From: Phoronis australis | Lineage: Eukaryota; Animalia; Phoronida | DNA: 64,000 nucleotides | Direction: 5' to 3' | Assembly: GCA_002633005.1 (NCBI GenBank) | Contig: NMRA01000422.1 | Coordinates: 330,146-394,145 of the forward strand | The notes under the pieces: model-generated | The model's database searches: none | What the model saw: only the letters and a program-made list of their open reading frames with translations | What the model was told of the DNA's origin: nothing | Position numbers and translations under genes: made by a program | In this document: positions 40,401 to 55,400 of the stretch, one piece after another | Layout of the letters: every line of letters starts with the position of its first letter | Numbering within the stretch: the first letter of the stretch is position 1

Positions 40401-43400
40401 TCTCATGGATCCACTTCCGTATGACTTGACGCTGTAATACGACATATTTCATTAGTCGCTGAGACCACAGAACTTTAGGAAAATGCTGTGAACACGAGTG
40501 AAAACGAAACAACTGTCTCATTTGACTTTTCACGTCTAGCTTCAACAACCTCTACCATTTTTAAGTGTTAAAACATTTTTGTATTGGATATTCATTTGAC
40601 ATTCGGCTGTACTAATTAATCATAACTTATTACATGTACTGTGGTGTAATATATGTTCTGTGCAAACTAGTTCGTTGCTACAGATTTTTATAATACAGCT
40701 ATTATTCTCCTTTTACCTAATGTGCATTTTTCACCACAATGGGGATAGGTTTATTGTTGACAACGCAAATGTAACCAATGAATCTGTTTACTCTACAAAA
40801 TATAGTCATGAGAAATGAAAAGTGTCCAGCTGCTCTACATGTACGTTAGAATTATTGATGCAAACAAACTTTCGCTCACCATATGATATAAGCTCGTAAG
40901 AATTCGGCAGGCTACATTTTTCCTATGCAGCAGTGTCACACCTGTCGTGATATGCGCACGTGTACATAAGATACTTAAACAAGTCAGAGAAGGTAGTTAT
41001 CCCGTCAAAAAATCAACCTACATATTGCGAACGAAACGTTAACTGTTACTGTACATGTACACTGTAGTTGCAAGGTCTAAATGAAGCAACAGACAGCACT
41101 GGGTGATAATGGGCACTGGAAAAGTTGCTTGATGAAAGAAATCGCCTTGTCTAAGACAATATTTTATTCTCCATGCCGTTTTGCCATCATTACATTTGCC
41201 GTAATGTTAATGTCATGACTTGAAGGAAACGACAAACGTTGACCTACTGACCTAGTTTTTAAATATATGCCATTTGGGGGAAGCGCAAAGAGACGAGAGC
41301 CGTGATTTTGGACTGAACTAGCCTTTGCAACGACATATCTCTTAAATTTGGGCTTGAAAAGTTTATGAAGGCAACGCAAACACAGCAGAGAATGAATATG
41401 TCATCATAGAGGTAGGTTTTGAAGTCAGTAAAAAATGTCTTTGAAATCGCTCTTCGCAAGAACTGCAAGCAGAGCCAGTATACATGAAAACAACTACTGG
41501 TTTATGACTGGTGTATGTTAGTTCCCGCTGTTTTTCTATTGAAATAATGACTATGGTTATACATGTATCGGGAATCATAATCAAGTTGCTCTATAACTGC
41601 ACAAGAGCGCATCCAGCCTAGAAAAGGGGGGCTCGAATTTTTTAAAATGTGGACCTTTTACGGCTAAGATTCACGTGATACGTTCAGAGTTACGAATGGT
41701 GCATTCGCCAAAATTTGGTAGTTCCTGTCTTTTTGCGGACTTTTGTCTCGTTTTATACTTTTTCGGACCGAGTTTTGTTTCTCTGAGGCGGAACTTTTAT
41801 GCCCAATTCTCAAAGTTGGTTACGGTCTCCCCTTAGTTACGCGCTTGCGACAAATATTCATGTTGCGAAATCATTATGTATCTGAAAGCTGCGCTTTCGA
41901 AAGTTTGTGATTATAGAATACGTGCATTTTCACTTGCTTCTAATTTTTCTACTGCAACACTAATTATTTTCACAGGTACGAAATGGAAGATATTCCAACT
42001 CTCCGCCCATGGGTTGTAACGGACAGTTAACCTGCAAACTTTGCGGCAATTATGTTCCACCTTCTCTAACTTCACTATCCAATCACGTCTGGATAAATTT
42101 TATATCAGACAACTCAGAGCGTTCGACAAAATTTAAGATTGCTTATCACGAAATATCGATCACGTGTAATGGCCGCCTGACATTGACTGGAGACAAAGAT
42201 GATGGGATGTTCATGTCACCGAATTATCCCAGTAATTATCCACATAGCATAGAATGCATATGGATTTTTATTGCCCCCACTACAAAGCTTGTTCAGCTTG
42301 ATTTCAAAGATTTCGACATCGAATCGGGAAATGGGTACGTTACATTCTCATGCACTATATTTCAATGTATATCGAAAAATTCAAATGCTCGATAGTGTGA
42401 TTACTTTGTAAAATATAAAAACGTCTAAATTGTTTAGCATTTGCGTTATTTTTACAAGTAGTCTCTGCCTGTCGAACTTCAAATTTTACGAGTAGTGAAA
42501 ACCAATGTGCGGCTATTCCAAACCGTAATGGGGTGAGGGATACGAGTCAATCAACCCACAATTCAGGAAGCGTCTTTCATGCAATCTAGTGCTTGGCAGG
42601 CAAAGCTGGTAGGTGATTTTAGGTTGCTGATACCACTTAATGCGTATCTATGGTACCCTACACTCCTAGTAGCTGTTCTAAATACTACCAAAATGGGGTT
42701 ATTTCTACAGATCGTATCTATACGTCTTCTAGCTGTGTTGTTTTGAGTGCCTGATATTCCAAAATACTCTGTGTGTATGGTGACTCATGCTCTGAGTAGA
42801 AGTTCAGTTCAATCTCCCTGCCACATTTACATGTATGTATATGGCATCTCGTCCTAAACCTGCCACAAGTGCCCTTAAACTATTCGCTTTTCTCAAGTAT
42901 ACCTCCAGCTCTCTTGCCTCTTGGTGCAAGTTAAATCAAACTCGGTGTATCACTCGTGTCCTGATCTTGGAGGACCAACACACAAGCGCTCCAAAGACAA
43001 ATATTGTGGACTCAACGTGATTAACGCCCCGGGTCATTTGAAACTGCTACTCTCAAACCCTCTCTCCCTCTTCCTCTACCACTTCTCTTGCCCTCTATGT
43101 TAAAGCAATTTTTCACATGTACCGGTTCACATATTTTTTTGAAAAGAAAGGGTATTGTTGTCACAAGAATTCTCAAGGACATTAAACCCGTCGTATCTCT
43201 TCCAGTTGTCCGTTCGATTTTCTGGAAGTAAGAGATGGAGAGACATCTAGCGATCCTTTGATTGGTCGATTCTGTGGAAACACTATACCCGACACCATTC
43301 GTTCAACAACGAGTAAATTATACGTGCAATTCCGTACTGATGGTTCTGGTACAGGAAAAGGTTTCCGAGCAAGATACGCAATAGGTAATCACCTATGTTC

Positions 43401-46400
43401 GCCAACCAAGAATAAAGGAGTTGAAACTGGACTAAGGTGAAGGTATTGTGGAAAATGTGTAGATAACATAAACTACTATGTCTAAAGGCGAATGATTCAA
43501 TGGACCAGAGTCTTAGCCGCAAGATAAAAAATAATTAAAAAATCGTGTTTGTATTCTAGCATTATGTGGGGGCACATTCGACTCTCGATATGGTGTTCTT
43601 CAGTCGCCAAATTTCCCATCCAACTACGACACCGATGTTGTCTGCACGTGGTATATCAATGGGCCTTTTGGACACTACATTAACTTTACCTTTGAGAGTT
43701 TGGATATTCAAAGTAGTGCGGGGTGTACCAGAGACTTCATTGAGTTTAGACATAAAAACGGAAGTGGTAAGTATAAAGCCATTCTAACAATGGCCTGTGA
43801 AGAGAATAATCTCTGTGAACACATATACAAGAATATTTTAATATTTTCAAATACTCCTATTGCGCATAATTGGGAAATAATTCTTTTGGAGCCTTAGAAG
43901 TTGACTCAAAGTTACCACTACGATTTTTTCACAACATCTGTGTCTTTTGTGCAGGTTTTTAAAGATCTGAAATACAAGTGGCTCCTTCTTGCAGTACTTT
44001 ACTGAGGAGAATGACTTGGGTTTATCTAGGGATTTGACGTTTTGTCCCGAGTTTTTTCTCCGTGCTTCTTACTGGAAATCTTCAGTATTAGACTACATGC
44101 ATGTACTATGATATAATCAAATAGGTACTATTTCATGGAAAACTAGAGAGGATGTTAGCGTATTCATTTTGCCTTGAGTGGAATCATGGTGTCGAATACC
44201 TGAGCGACATTCATAAAGTGTTCTTACATTTCAATTCCGCCTCATAGGGGAATTACTTGGTAAGTTTTGCGGAACACCATCTCCAGGCACAATCCGCTTT
44301 CCTGACGGTGATGCCTTTGTACGTTTTGTGTCTGACTCATCAGTGACTGCAAGAGGATTTCGAGTGAGATATGAAGCAAGTCTGAAAGGTATATTTTTTC
44401 AAGTTTCTGTAGTAAAATGTATATTTTGTACCCATTATGTTTAATTGGTTGACAGCTTATTCTCGCCTTGTTATTGTTCGTTTTCCCCTACGGGCGTGCT
44501 CATGTACAGTACGCACCCGCACAAACCCACACACACCCACACAAATGCGCTGTCGCCTCTATGATGGTATCCAGCGTCACTAGTTGCACCTTCTAAGCAC
44601 CTCGCAAGATCTTTATGGAATTTGATAGGTGTTAATGAACATGAAGGAAGTGTATGATGACTTCCGGATAAATCCTCTTTTGTTGATGCAATTGGTTTTT
44701 GCTTTTTCTTTTATATCTACCTGTGCCAAGTCTCTGTATGAAGCATTTTGTGACTTGTTACATATGCGCTGATTTTGAGACAAACTCGCCTAGGAGCAAT
44801 TTTTAAGGCAGCTCCCAGTGTTTTGATATTGGAACATGCCTTTGTATTTTCTAGTCCTTTGAAGGGTTTTTCTCAATTTTGGTAGTACATTGCTATTGAG
44901 AAGGTACCGAGAATGTAACATCTTGGATGGATTCGACTATGCTTCTGCGGCACCTGGTGGCAGTTTTACTTTTTAAATTTTCGCGCCTTTTGCTTGCTTG
45001 AACCTCTCTGGAGATTGCTAAGACATGTATGCCGCCTGCATTTCCATCAAGAAGACAGTAACTGACGTCAGGTGGATCCAAATATTACCGTGTAACATAG
45101 TAGACAATGGTGGTTTTCTTTATGTCTGGTTGACGAATTATTAAAACCGATTTTCATGGAATTTATAGTCATTTTCTAAAATCATTGTAGCTGAACTACA
45201 TGTATGCGTGTAACAGTTTGGAAGGACTCAACCTCTGATGCACAGTCTAGTAGTAAACATTTGTTGGGTTCACCTTTCTGTTTGCTTTAATTCGTAAATA
45301 AAATGGTCGTAGTAAAATTCAGTATGGGTTTATTTCGCACCATTTTGATTATTATATTGCCTATTTCCTCAATCTTATATCACCCAAAGTAAACCTCGGA
45401 CTGCTTACGGACCTCCGAATGGGAAAGAATTCTGTTTTTATCGAATTTCTTCCGAAATACTCCGGCCAAAAGAGAAACTGCGAATTCTTTCCTTCTTTTA
45501 CAATTTTCGTCGCTCCAATATCAGTTTTGGATTCGTCTAGTGCATGGAAGTTCTTATCTCTCTTACGTCCACTATGCTTACTTCTCCCTGTATTAAATCG
45601 GACGAAGTCTCTATTCAAGTGCACAGACAACGATTGGTTACACGCTGTTCACGATCACGTGAGCATGGGAATAATTGCTTTTCATTTCGGTGTTAAACTG
45701 CAAAAACCGTCTCAATTTCAAGAAATATAATAATTTTGGTTAGGTGTTGTTTATTGAAACTCGTTAAATGCAAGTAAACACTTACGAATACACTACTGTA
45801 AACACCCCTTGGTCAACAAAGCAGAAACGTTGACATCGTTTTTGGCTGACGTGGAAACAATGCTAACATATTTTTTTTTGGTGGGGGGTTCAATTTCAGA
45901 AGTAAAACACACCGGAAAATCACAAAGTTCAGTCCATGATACCAAAGGATTCAGTGTATCGCGATTTGTTTACATATCTTTTGACCACGGAAGCACACAC
46001 GGCCGCGGTAGAGGTCAAGTTTTTAATGGTATCTTACTATCCGTCAACTTTTCAGCCAGCTATCTTCTGTCTGTCAGTATAATTGTGGCTGCATAACAAG
46101 AAAGGACTTTTCATGTTTTCGCAGATTGTGGTGGTAACTTCGTTGCTTCTAATGGTACATTTACAAGCCCATACTACCCAAACGCTTACCTCTACCGTCG
46201 AGAGTGCGTGTACAAAATTTCAGTACGACTTGGAAGACGAATCAAGCTTGTTGTTTACGATATTGCAGTGGGATTGTCACAGCTTGCGTGCAGCTCCCAA
46301 AATTCGCTTTCCGTAAGTTTAATGTTAGCAGGTAGTTAGTGAATTGGCTTGAAACTTCCTGAAACTCTTAGAACATTAATTGACAATAAGTTAATGGTGA

Positions 46401-49400
46401 ACGGGAATTGCAAATATTCTATTCAGTTCAGATGCGATCTTTGCAAATTCGATTTAGATTCAAATCAATAGGTCAACCTACAACATTCCAGAACCTAATA
46501 GACTACATGCCACTTAACCATAGTGGTTTAGGTTCGGGGGATACGATGAAAATTTAAGAAAAAAATAAAGTATGTATATGTAGATGCACACAAGCAGATA
46601 AGTTAGCTATTTTACAGTGGAACTTTTTGCTGGCGTTTTTACCATGCACAGAACCCAAACATGCTCAGGCTTTCAATGAAAGTTGGTCATAAGTTGTACG
46701 TGTTGACTTCAAATCCTCAAATGTGTTTACCTCGGGTCATCATTTCACGGTGTTGGCTTGCATTCATATTTTTTACGAGACCACACAGTTTGATTTTTTA
46801 GAAATGAAACTCAGATCTGTGTCAAAGTTTTTATTTAGTTTAATGATAAATTTATTGTTTGAAATGAAAGTAAATTTTTTTCTGATTATTGCCCATTCAT
46901 CAAATCACAAAAACAAAGGTAAACAAAACGGTGAGTTACGATGGTTTGTTCTTGAAATTTTTCATGGATGACTGGATATAGAGCACGTGAAACTTTTGAA
47001 AGCAGTTACAGCGTTTTTGAAAAAGGGTCAAGAAAAACTGGAATCGTGGGAAAAGCAAAAATGATCGTAAAAGAATACTTCACATACGTTTTTATTTATT
47101 TTTCACAAGACTTGGAGCATCTCTTGATGCAATTTAAAGTGAAAATCAACGTTACGAATTTCCATTAGGGTCTTGGAAAAGCAATCAACTTTTTTACCTG
47201 CTTTAAAGCTTGTAGTGACCTCGGAATACTCCTAGTAGTATCATCTCCAGCATATTAACGCAATTCCATTTCATTCGTAAACTTGTGTATGTACTTCGAT
47301 CAAGAGTAAAATAGATTATTTAGAAAGTTAGGATGAAACATTGAAAGGCTTACATGTACTTTAGATGACTTACATCTTCACATCGGGTAATAAATGGCCT
47401 TGACATTCCACAATATGACCATGCGGACGAATGGGGAAGATATGGCCATTCAGATCGTCGACGAAGTCAACGTTGTGTAAACGAAACGTCGTTGAAACTC
47501 ACTGCAGAAGAGAAATTTACCTTCCAATATAATACAAACAGAAGTGGGATTTACAAATAACCGTATTTCATTCGTTTTGACTTGAACGGGGGTCACATAG
47601 AAGACGTCGATGTAACGTCCAACACAACGAACTATCTTACTTCAAAATATGACTTCTTTCTCGTGCACGTTAACGCCAGTGCGTCACGTATGCAAGTGTT
47701 CCTCCTTCAGAAATTGTGGTGTCTTGCCCTAACATATCCAGGTTATATGCAAAACCAAAAATGGTTCGTGTGTTTGAAAATATTTCAACTTTTTAGACCA
47801 CTGAATTGACTAAAGCCCAATGTCAAAAGCATGTTTAAGTCTGGCCGGCATGCCACTTATGGCCACATCACGTGACCTAATTAATATAAGTCGAGAAAAG
47901 ATTTCTGCCCCGACCAGGACTCGACCCCACTGTGGCGTGCTGATCAGACATAAAAGTACCTGCGATATGCATTTCCATGCAGGTTTAAAAATTACACATT
48001 TGTATAAAGACCCAAAGTCCTCAAAATGAGGTTCCTGTTTCTACGATCATTACGTTTGCACGCAACATTTATCCTACTTTGAAGATCTATGATGGAGTTC
48101 TAGACGATTCACCACGTATTCTGAGACTGTGCGGTCGCAACAGGAACATCGCACCCATACAGTCTTCCTCAAACACCATGAAGCTCGTTTTTACCACAGG
48201 AGGAAGTGCGATCAACAAAGGTTTCTCGGCCTCCTATTCGTCAGACAATCCTGCGGGTAGGTACAATTTTACTAGTTAGAATTTTGCCGCCATGGATGAA
48301 TACTCATTTCGAAGCAATTCTTTCGCAGTTAATAAATCAACGAGCGGACAGAGGATTCAAGAGGCACCAACACTAGTATACGTCACCAGCAAAACCTAGG
48401 ACACAATAGAGTGACTGAATAAAATATCCATTATTTGTAAAATCTATTGGTCCATTTACACCTATCTTTCTCCTATCTACATTGGCACTGCGTTTCTGTC
48501 GGTCATTTGTTCGGTCGTCTTCAGAAGTTACAGCGTTCTTAGAACTGAGAACGGGCACAAGTGTATGGTACACTTCCCTAGTCACATCATTTCATGGGGT
48601 TAGAACCAACCATCCTTGTTGACTCCAAGGAAACGTGCATTCACTGCACCCAGTTATGTTTGGGTTGTATTGCAATTGATTGTGTTTCGAAGGTGTGCTT
48701 TATTGCGACACAATTCGACAGTACATGTAATTTAAATGATTCTGTTTTATCTAACTTTACTAATGCCTGGCAGCGTTCTCTTTAAGTTTTACTTATTGAA
48801 GGTGTGCTTTATTGCGACACAGTACATGTAATTTAAATGATTCTGTTTTTATCTAACTTTACTAATGCCTGGCAGCGTTCTCTTTAAGTTTTACTTATTG
48901 AAGGTGAGAACTTGTGTGACCTGAATCAAAATTAATTTTTAGTTTCTTCAACTGGTTTATTTCCACTGATGAAGCAACGTAGCGCCGTTTAGTGCTCTTT
49001 TCACGAAAAGTCACGCCCTTAGGCATCAAATAAAAACGAAAAACAGACTGGTACCTAGAGAATAAATAGCTCTTTAAAATGAAGTCGGGCAACTTTACAA
49101 CGAAGGTTGGAGCTCCCAACAAGACGCAAATAATCGCTATCGTCTTTAGATTTTAATATTCCATTTCCCACGTTGATGTCTGCTAAAAAAGGCAACAATT
49201 TCATAAACTCACCCTCCGTGTATTCTGCGCTCGTGTTAGCTCGTAGTACTGTACATGTAAATGCGCAGCACTGATACAAACCGTATCCCAAAGACTATAC
49301 ACGTCACACACACATCTTAGTTATGTTCGAAAAACTGTTTCGCTCATATCAAATTTGTGGGCTTTGTTTTTGTGCTATTTTGAACAAAAGTAGCATTCTT

Positions 49401-52400
49401 ACACGTTTTGAAAATTGCAATTACAAAATAACTTTTTTATGTGCGAGCCATGTGCGCTTTTACGTGTATGGTACGTCTCCGTATTGTATGTTATTGATGA
49501 AAAAGATAGTAAATTATATTGCCTGTTTTGTTAAAATATACAATGGAGAGTCATTCTGCTATTTTCTCTTGACGGTAATCGTGATTTAATTGAAATCCCT
49601 TTTATTGTAATTCAAGAGTCATCAGCAATCTCCACTGTACATGTACACATAAATAATTTTCTTAATTTCAGCCAGTTTATGCGAGTCCTTTTAGCAGAGT
49701 ATTTTTGCTGTCAACATCCTGAGAAAATGATCGCATTAACACAAGCATTGTGTAAATTTTGATTATCAAATTTTGATGAACATTTCGGATGACTCAAACG
49801 CGCGAAAAAAATGCTTGCAGGCAGTCTCGCCGTTCAGACATTTGGACAAATATCATTTTCGGCTTTCTTTTCCAAAATCGTAGGCATTTCTCAGTGCAAA
49901 GTGGTATAATACTCTGCGGAACATCTGTTCCTTAATTACATGCAGAAATTTCTAGCAACTGGAAATCTTTGTATGTTGATGTTTGCCTTGCCCATTGGTT
50001 AACTATTTATTGCGTTTGTAGATATGACACTAGTGTAAAACTGTTTAGCGTGATTTTCAGTGTGTGGGGGACGCATTACTGGTCCGCAGCCGGGAGTCGT
50101 ACAGAGTCCTGGTTACGCAAGTGGCATGTACCCTAACAGCATACAGTGCACTTGGATTGTCGCTGCCCCGAATAGCACTGGTTGGTCAATCGAGCTAGAT
50201 TTTACTTCGTTTGACCTGGAGTCAAGCTTAACATGTCGTCATGACTTCATCGAGGTCAAAGACGGTAAGTTTGTCTGAATAAGAAAGGTCTGAGAAAAAT
50301 CGAATATCCTGTCGTTATGACGCGCTTCATTAGTGTCAAAAGCCGAATTTTCAAAATACAATCTCCACCTTGGGTTAGCCGGTTCCCTTCATAAACGCTA
50401 GAAAGAGTTTGCACAGTGCGTTGTCACAGTCAAGCACAGCTCGCAAAATGTATGTTTTTTCCTGTGCATGCGTTTCTAGAGTCCTTCATGTGTGCGTCTA
50501 TTTTCTTGGATAATTGTGTTCTTGCTATACTGAAACCTACGCTACTGATCTTTATGTCCAACAGAACATTGTTATAGTCATTAGACTTGAGCAACATGTA
50601 AGACCTCACGCTCAAGCTCCAGGGATCGAGCGTAGAATTGAAGTGGTAGGTGTTAGTCTTGGGACTTTCAAGCGCAAATTACATGCAGGACCGGACATTT
50701 ATCGTCCCAAATTATAATATAACCGAGCACAGAATAAACAAATAAACATCGTAACTCCGTTCTTTTTTTGGTTAAAGTACCGAATATAATCTGTAGGTTG
50801 AACCCGAGTTCGAAGATTATCCAGAATTTGCGTCGTTTAGTTCTTTCTCAACAATGTTGTGAACGTCAAGGTCTATTTCTAAATAAACCAGCTAGGTTTA
50901 CTGGGTAATGTTGCTGAATTGTTGTAGAGACTGTCACGATTATATATCTTTGATACCCTTGTAGTACATGCAATGACAAAACATTTTTTATATTTGCCCA
51001 AGTCATAAATGGCCGTCATCTTAGATTTTACAAAAAAAAACTTTCGTTAGTGTTTCAGCCACTAAATAAGCTTTTACTTCGGCGGCTAAACTGCCATTTC
51101 AGTGCCAATCAATCCACTGCTATAAAAATAACTACATGTACAATGCTAAATTCAACCACAAAAATAACTGTCTATATAAAGCCTTGCACCCATGTTGCTT
51201 TGCCTGTACGAGAGAACAGTCCTGTGATGCCTGTGCCTTCAAAAGCATGGGGACTGGTGAAGTATTTCTTCTTTCTGCATAGGGTGAGGTTGCCATCCAA
51301 TTTTATGACCGCTAATCTTCCTGTGAAGGTTATACTGTACACGTAGCCAAGTTCTCGATCATATGGATCAACTTCAATTTGTCTAGGTGTGGTAGTATTG
51401 TCAGTACCATCTGGGACATGGAGACTACTGGTTCCACGGTGAAATCGTGGCTCCCAATGACCTTTGTCCATTTGATGTAACAGCCAGTACCACCAGTCCA
51501 CCGCACTTGTAACTGAACTCTTTTAGTTGACCATTGTTGTCTCGGCGTTTCACTGACTCTTGTATAAGCTTTATCGACCTTCTTCTATACAAGCACTCAT
51601 GAGACCCATTGATGTTGGCAGTACATGTACAGGTCGCGAGCACATATCCGAGGTATCGATATTGTCATATTTAGCAGCAAGTGAGATTCCATGTTTCAAT
51701 ATGACAGCCTTGATCTTATTTATTCCTCTTGACAAGACTTGGCCTAATGTTATGAAGCCCTCTTATTATGTTGGACTGACTCTTGAACTTTTTCAAAATA
51801 CAGAAGTGTGCTGGTGAAAGCTAGAAGAGTGTCGGTCTGGCATTGTCTTGGTTTGAGAAGCCGACGAGCCCAAAAGGGATTGTTATCAACTTGTTCAAAC
51901 GATCGCTTGTATCGCTGCTCGCCCCGACGGATGCCAAGAGAACGTCATTATTCGTGACGCAAGGCTACCTGTTTGTAGCTCTTCACAAGCTTATTGATCC
52001 TTAGATCGTGCTTGTCTTTGGGGTGCCTGGTTGTGTTTAATTCGGTCAAAGACGAAGAAAATCTCGCTCAACAGTTCTCCGGCTTGTAGATGATGCACCA
52101 TTGCCTGTCGCAGCAACACGATTACCTCTACTCCATATAGGTACTTCATCACTACTTCGAACATTGTATTTGACTCTTCGAAAACTGTGATAAAATCAGC
52201 AGTGGCGTACAATTCAAGTTGAGTGCTTTTTTATCAGTCAGCTTTTGTGTGGTCACCCCAAACCCCTCGGAAGAGAAAGCTTTATCTGCCTCTAATTCTT
52301 TCTGGCTTACGATTTCATTAATGAAGTGTCCTCTATAAATTACTCTGTTGCCATTTCATAGAGAGCCACGACAAGAGGTGTAAGTTTGTGCTGGGTAGAT

Positions 52401-55400
52401 GTAAGGTTCGTTTTGTTGTTGCAGAGTCATAGACATCACTTTCAATCTAGGCACTGTGAATACCTGAGTTCTCACATATATAGGTCTCCCAGTCGGGACA
52501 ACTGAACACTTCAGGTAAAGTTTTCTTTTATACAGATGTAAGTTGGAACATGTGCCATGTCAAATAAACTGACTGTCGGATGATCTTCAACAGCAGCCAG
52601 CTTTCTCAGTTCCCACAATGGCCGGTAGTAGAGCTCGGACCAGGCTTACTTTGAGGCAAAAGTGACTTGTATCCTGCCTCGCTTGCTTGTTGCTTCCCCA
52701 GATTCGATTTTAAGGATTCAAAATTCTCCCGCTGGTAATCATGTGGTTTATTCTCTTAGCAAGCTGGGATTCCGGATTGCCACATTGCAGCACATCTATA
52801 TGTCCATATGGATCAGGATGATGAAAGCACATAGCAAGCATGGAACTGCATGACGATGACGATGATGGGGATGCCCTTGAGACTCCCTGATTGTCTTGAA
52901 TGTTGGGCATATTTTTGTCATGAAGAGCATGTCGGCTTCACATTAACTTAGTGGGAGATCCATGCCTGATTACGTGTAAAACCGCCAATGAAATTAAATA
53001 TCAGTCAATTAAATGTCTTGATTGAATCTAGGATATTTGTGTTAAGAGCATTGGATTCGTTGGCCCTGAAATGGTCCACTGGTGGTCTTTGATTATTTCA
53101 ACGTTGGCAGAAACTGTAATACTCATTTTCCCACGACATTCAGAAGATTGCGATGTTAGCTTTCATATAATGCCAACTTTGAAAAAGTATAGCTCGATTA
53201 AATTACAACACAATCAACGGAGGAAATAATGTCCTTAGCTGTCACCTTAGATTATCCATAATGATTTGGTTAAACCAAAGATTTTTTGACAAGTTATGAT
53301 TTCCTGTTTAACTTAATGACTAATGATTGAGTTAGAAACTGAGCCCTTAATTCAGTCAAAATAATTTGGGACGTAATCCTTAAAATAGGGTGTTGAATAA
53401 AAAGATCCCAACTTAATTTCAATAATATTGAGAACACAATGTACAATTCACCTTCGATTTGCATCAATGACAAAAATTGACTTAGCACTGAGACTCAAAC
53501 AGCATAAGAAAGACAACCAGTGTTTCCAAAAAATCCACAAATACGCAGTAGATTTAGGAAGCTTAGTTGAGTCCCATATTTGGGACTGTTTCATGCAACC
53601 GGGCGCAGAAGACTTATACTCCTGCATGCGATATGGCTTTCAACATAAATTCTTAGTAACGTGGTCTTGACATTCACAACGGCATGGTAACATGCGGTCG
53701 CTGGAAAGAACGTGTGACGGCCATGCGCACTTCTAACGTTAATATCTATGGTGCTTTTAGGAATCTCAGGTAGCGGTTTTGTATGCGAGTTGATTTCATG
53801 CAAAAAGCCACATGTCTCCGAAATCACGAAAAGAAAGACATGTGGGGGTAATGTTTCTTCAACTTTCAATTTAGTTTTGTTCTACTGTGGTACCAAATAA
53901 GTATAGTGGCAGCATTTACGTACACAAAAGGAGACGATAACTTCCTACACTCCATTTTCCATAATATTAGGTGTCTTGTGTAATGAGCGTTCAAGCCAAT
54001 TCTCTAACGTAAACCCAGTTTAACGTTACGTTTTGTCCAGCCATTAAAGAGGAGTTTTTGTTGCTGTTGGTCTATATCCATGTCTTGGTGAACAAAACAC
54101 AAAATGCCAGTCTGCTTTTTATGCCTGTTCCCTACTATACGTAAGACTTCCTTTTACATAAATTAGTGTTTATTTTTGCAGGTTCAGATGGGAATCAACT
54201 TGTTGGACGTTATTGTGGTAGCAATGCTACCAACACTAATCTGCCATGGCCACTCCTCATTCTGTCACCATGGCCGATACACGTTAGGTTTCGAACCGAC
54301 TTATCAAACACCCGCAGAGGATTCAATCTAACTTATAGTTTCTCAGGTAAATTCCACTTACTTTGATAGGCATTGCCTGAATTGAAGACGCATTGTGGTA
54401 TTGCTGGCAGTAGTTTTAGTTTCACATTAGAACACATGGCGACTTTGATCTTTCAAAAATCACGATATTGAACCGACTGAATTTTAACGATGTGAACGTG
54501 TTCAGTATTTTCACTTTAAGCAAGGTCAATGGCAGCCGAAGTCGCTGAACCACTTGATTTTCACGCAACAGTGACGTTGAAAACCAAAGTAGCAGTTTTG
54601 TGGGTGTTAGCATAAGGTAGAATTGTCGTGAGGACTTGACAGGGACCTCAGGGGTGTCACACTCCACTGATTTATCCACATTATTTTGAAAACGCTTTGC
54701 CCAGTCACATAAAAGAGATAAGCATACCTGCAGCTGAAGCAGCAAGTAGAACCATCCTCGTTTATCACATTGGTGTAGACTCACATTTGAACTGTGGTTT
54801 TCTGTTGACCCCAGACCGTCCGGAGTTGCACCATATGCCAACTCTGGACGGTCTCTCACGACGATTTAGCGTTATGCAAATGTCGACTCGACGTCGTAAA
54901 CTGGCTGGATCACACAACTTTTCCAAAATAGTTTAAAGTAATAAAGTTGGAGCTATATAAATGACACTCAACATGCAATCAGGTCACAGACGTAACGTCC
55001 GGTACAAAACTATTAATTATGTAACACTAAATCTGCCTGTTTTTTGCTAAATACCACCCAGGCAGCGATTCCACAACTCCCTCAACCCACGACCACCTCA
55101 ACCTACGACTTGTGGCAACAGAGGTATATTTTTTGTGCATTTTACATATTTCATAATCTTATTACGTCGCCGAGTGACTTTCCCACGAGACTTACCAGCT
55201 CGGGAGTCTGCTCTGGCTCAAATCTGGTGATTAAAAATAGAAAGTGGCGCGATAACGAGATCTGGCGTGCGTTCAGTAATGAGAGGACCTACTTTAGGAC
55301 CTAGCTAAAATCTAGACAAAGTCACGTGCTCTTATTTAAAAGACACGGTAATATCTCACGTAACCTCGCGAAGTCTTGGTTTTTAGCGAGGTCCTATTGT

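Noticed and set aside
47843-47870. GGCCGGCATG matching the start of the HDV ribozyme
   Set aside because: Only a 10-nt match; no downstream pseudoknot elements visible.
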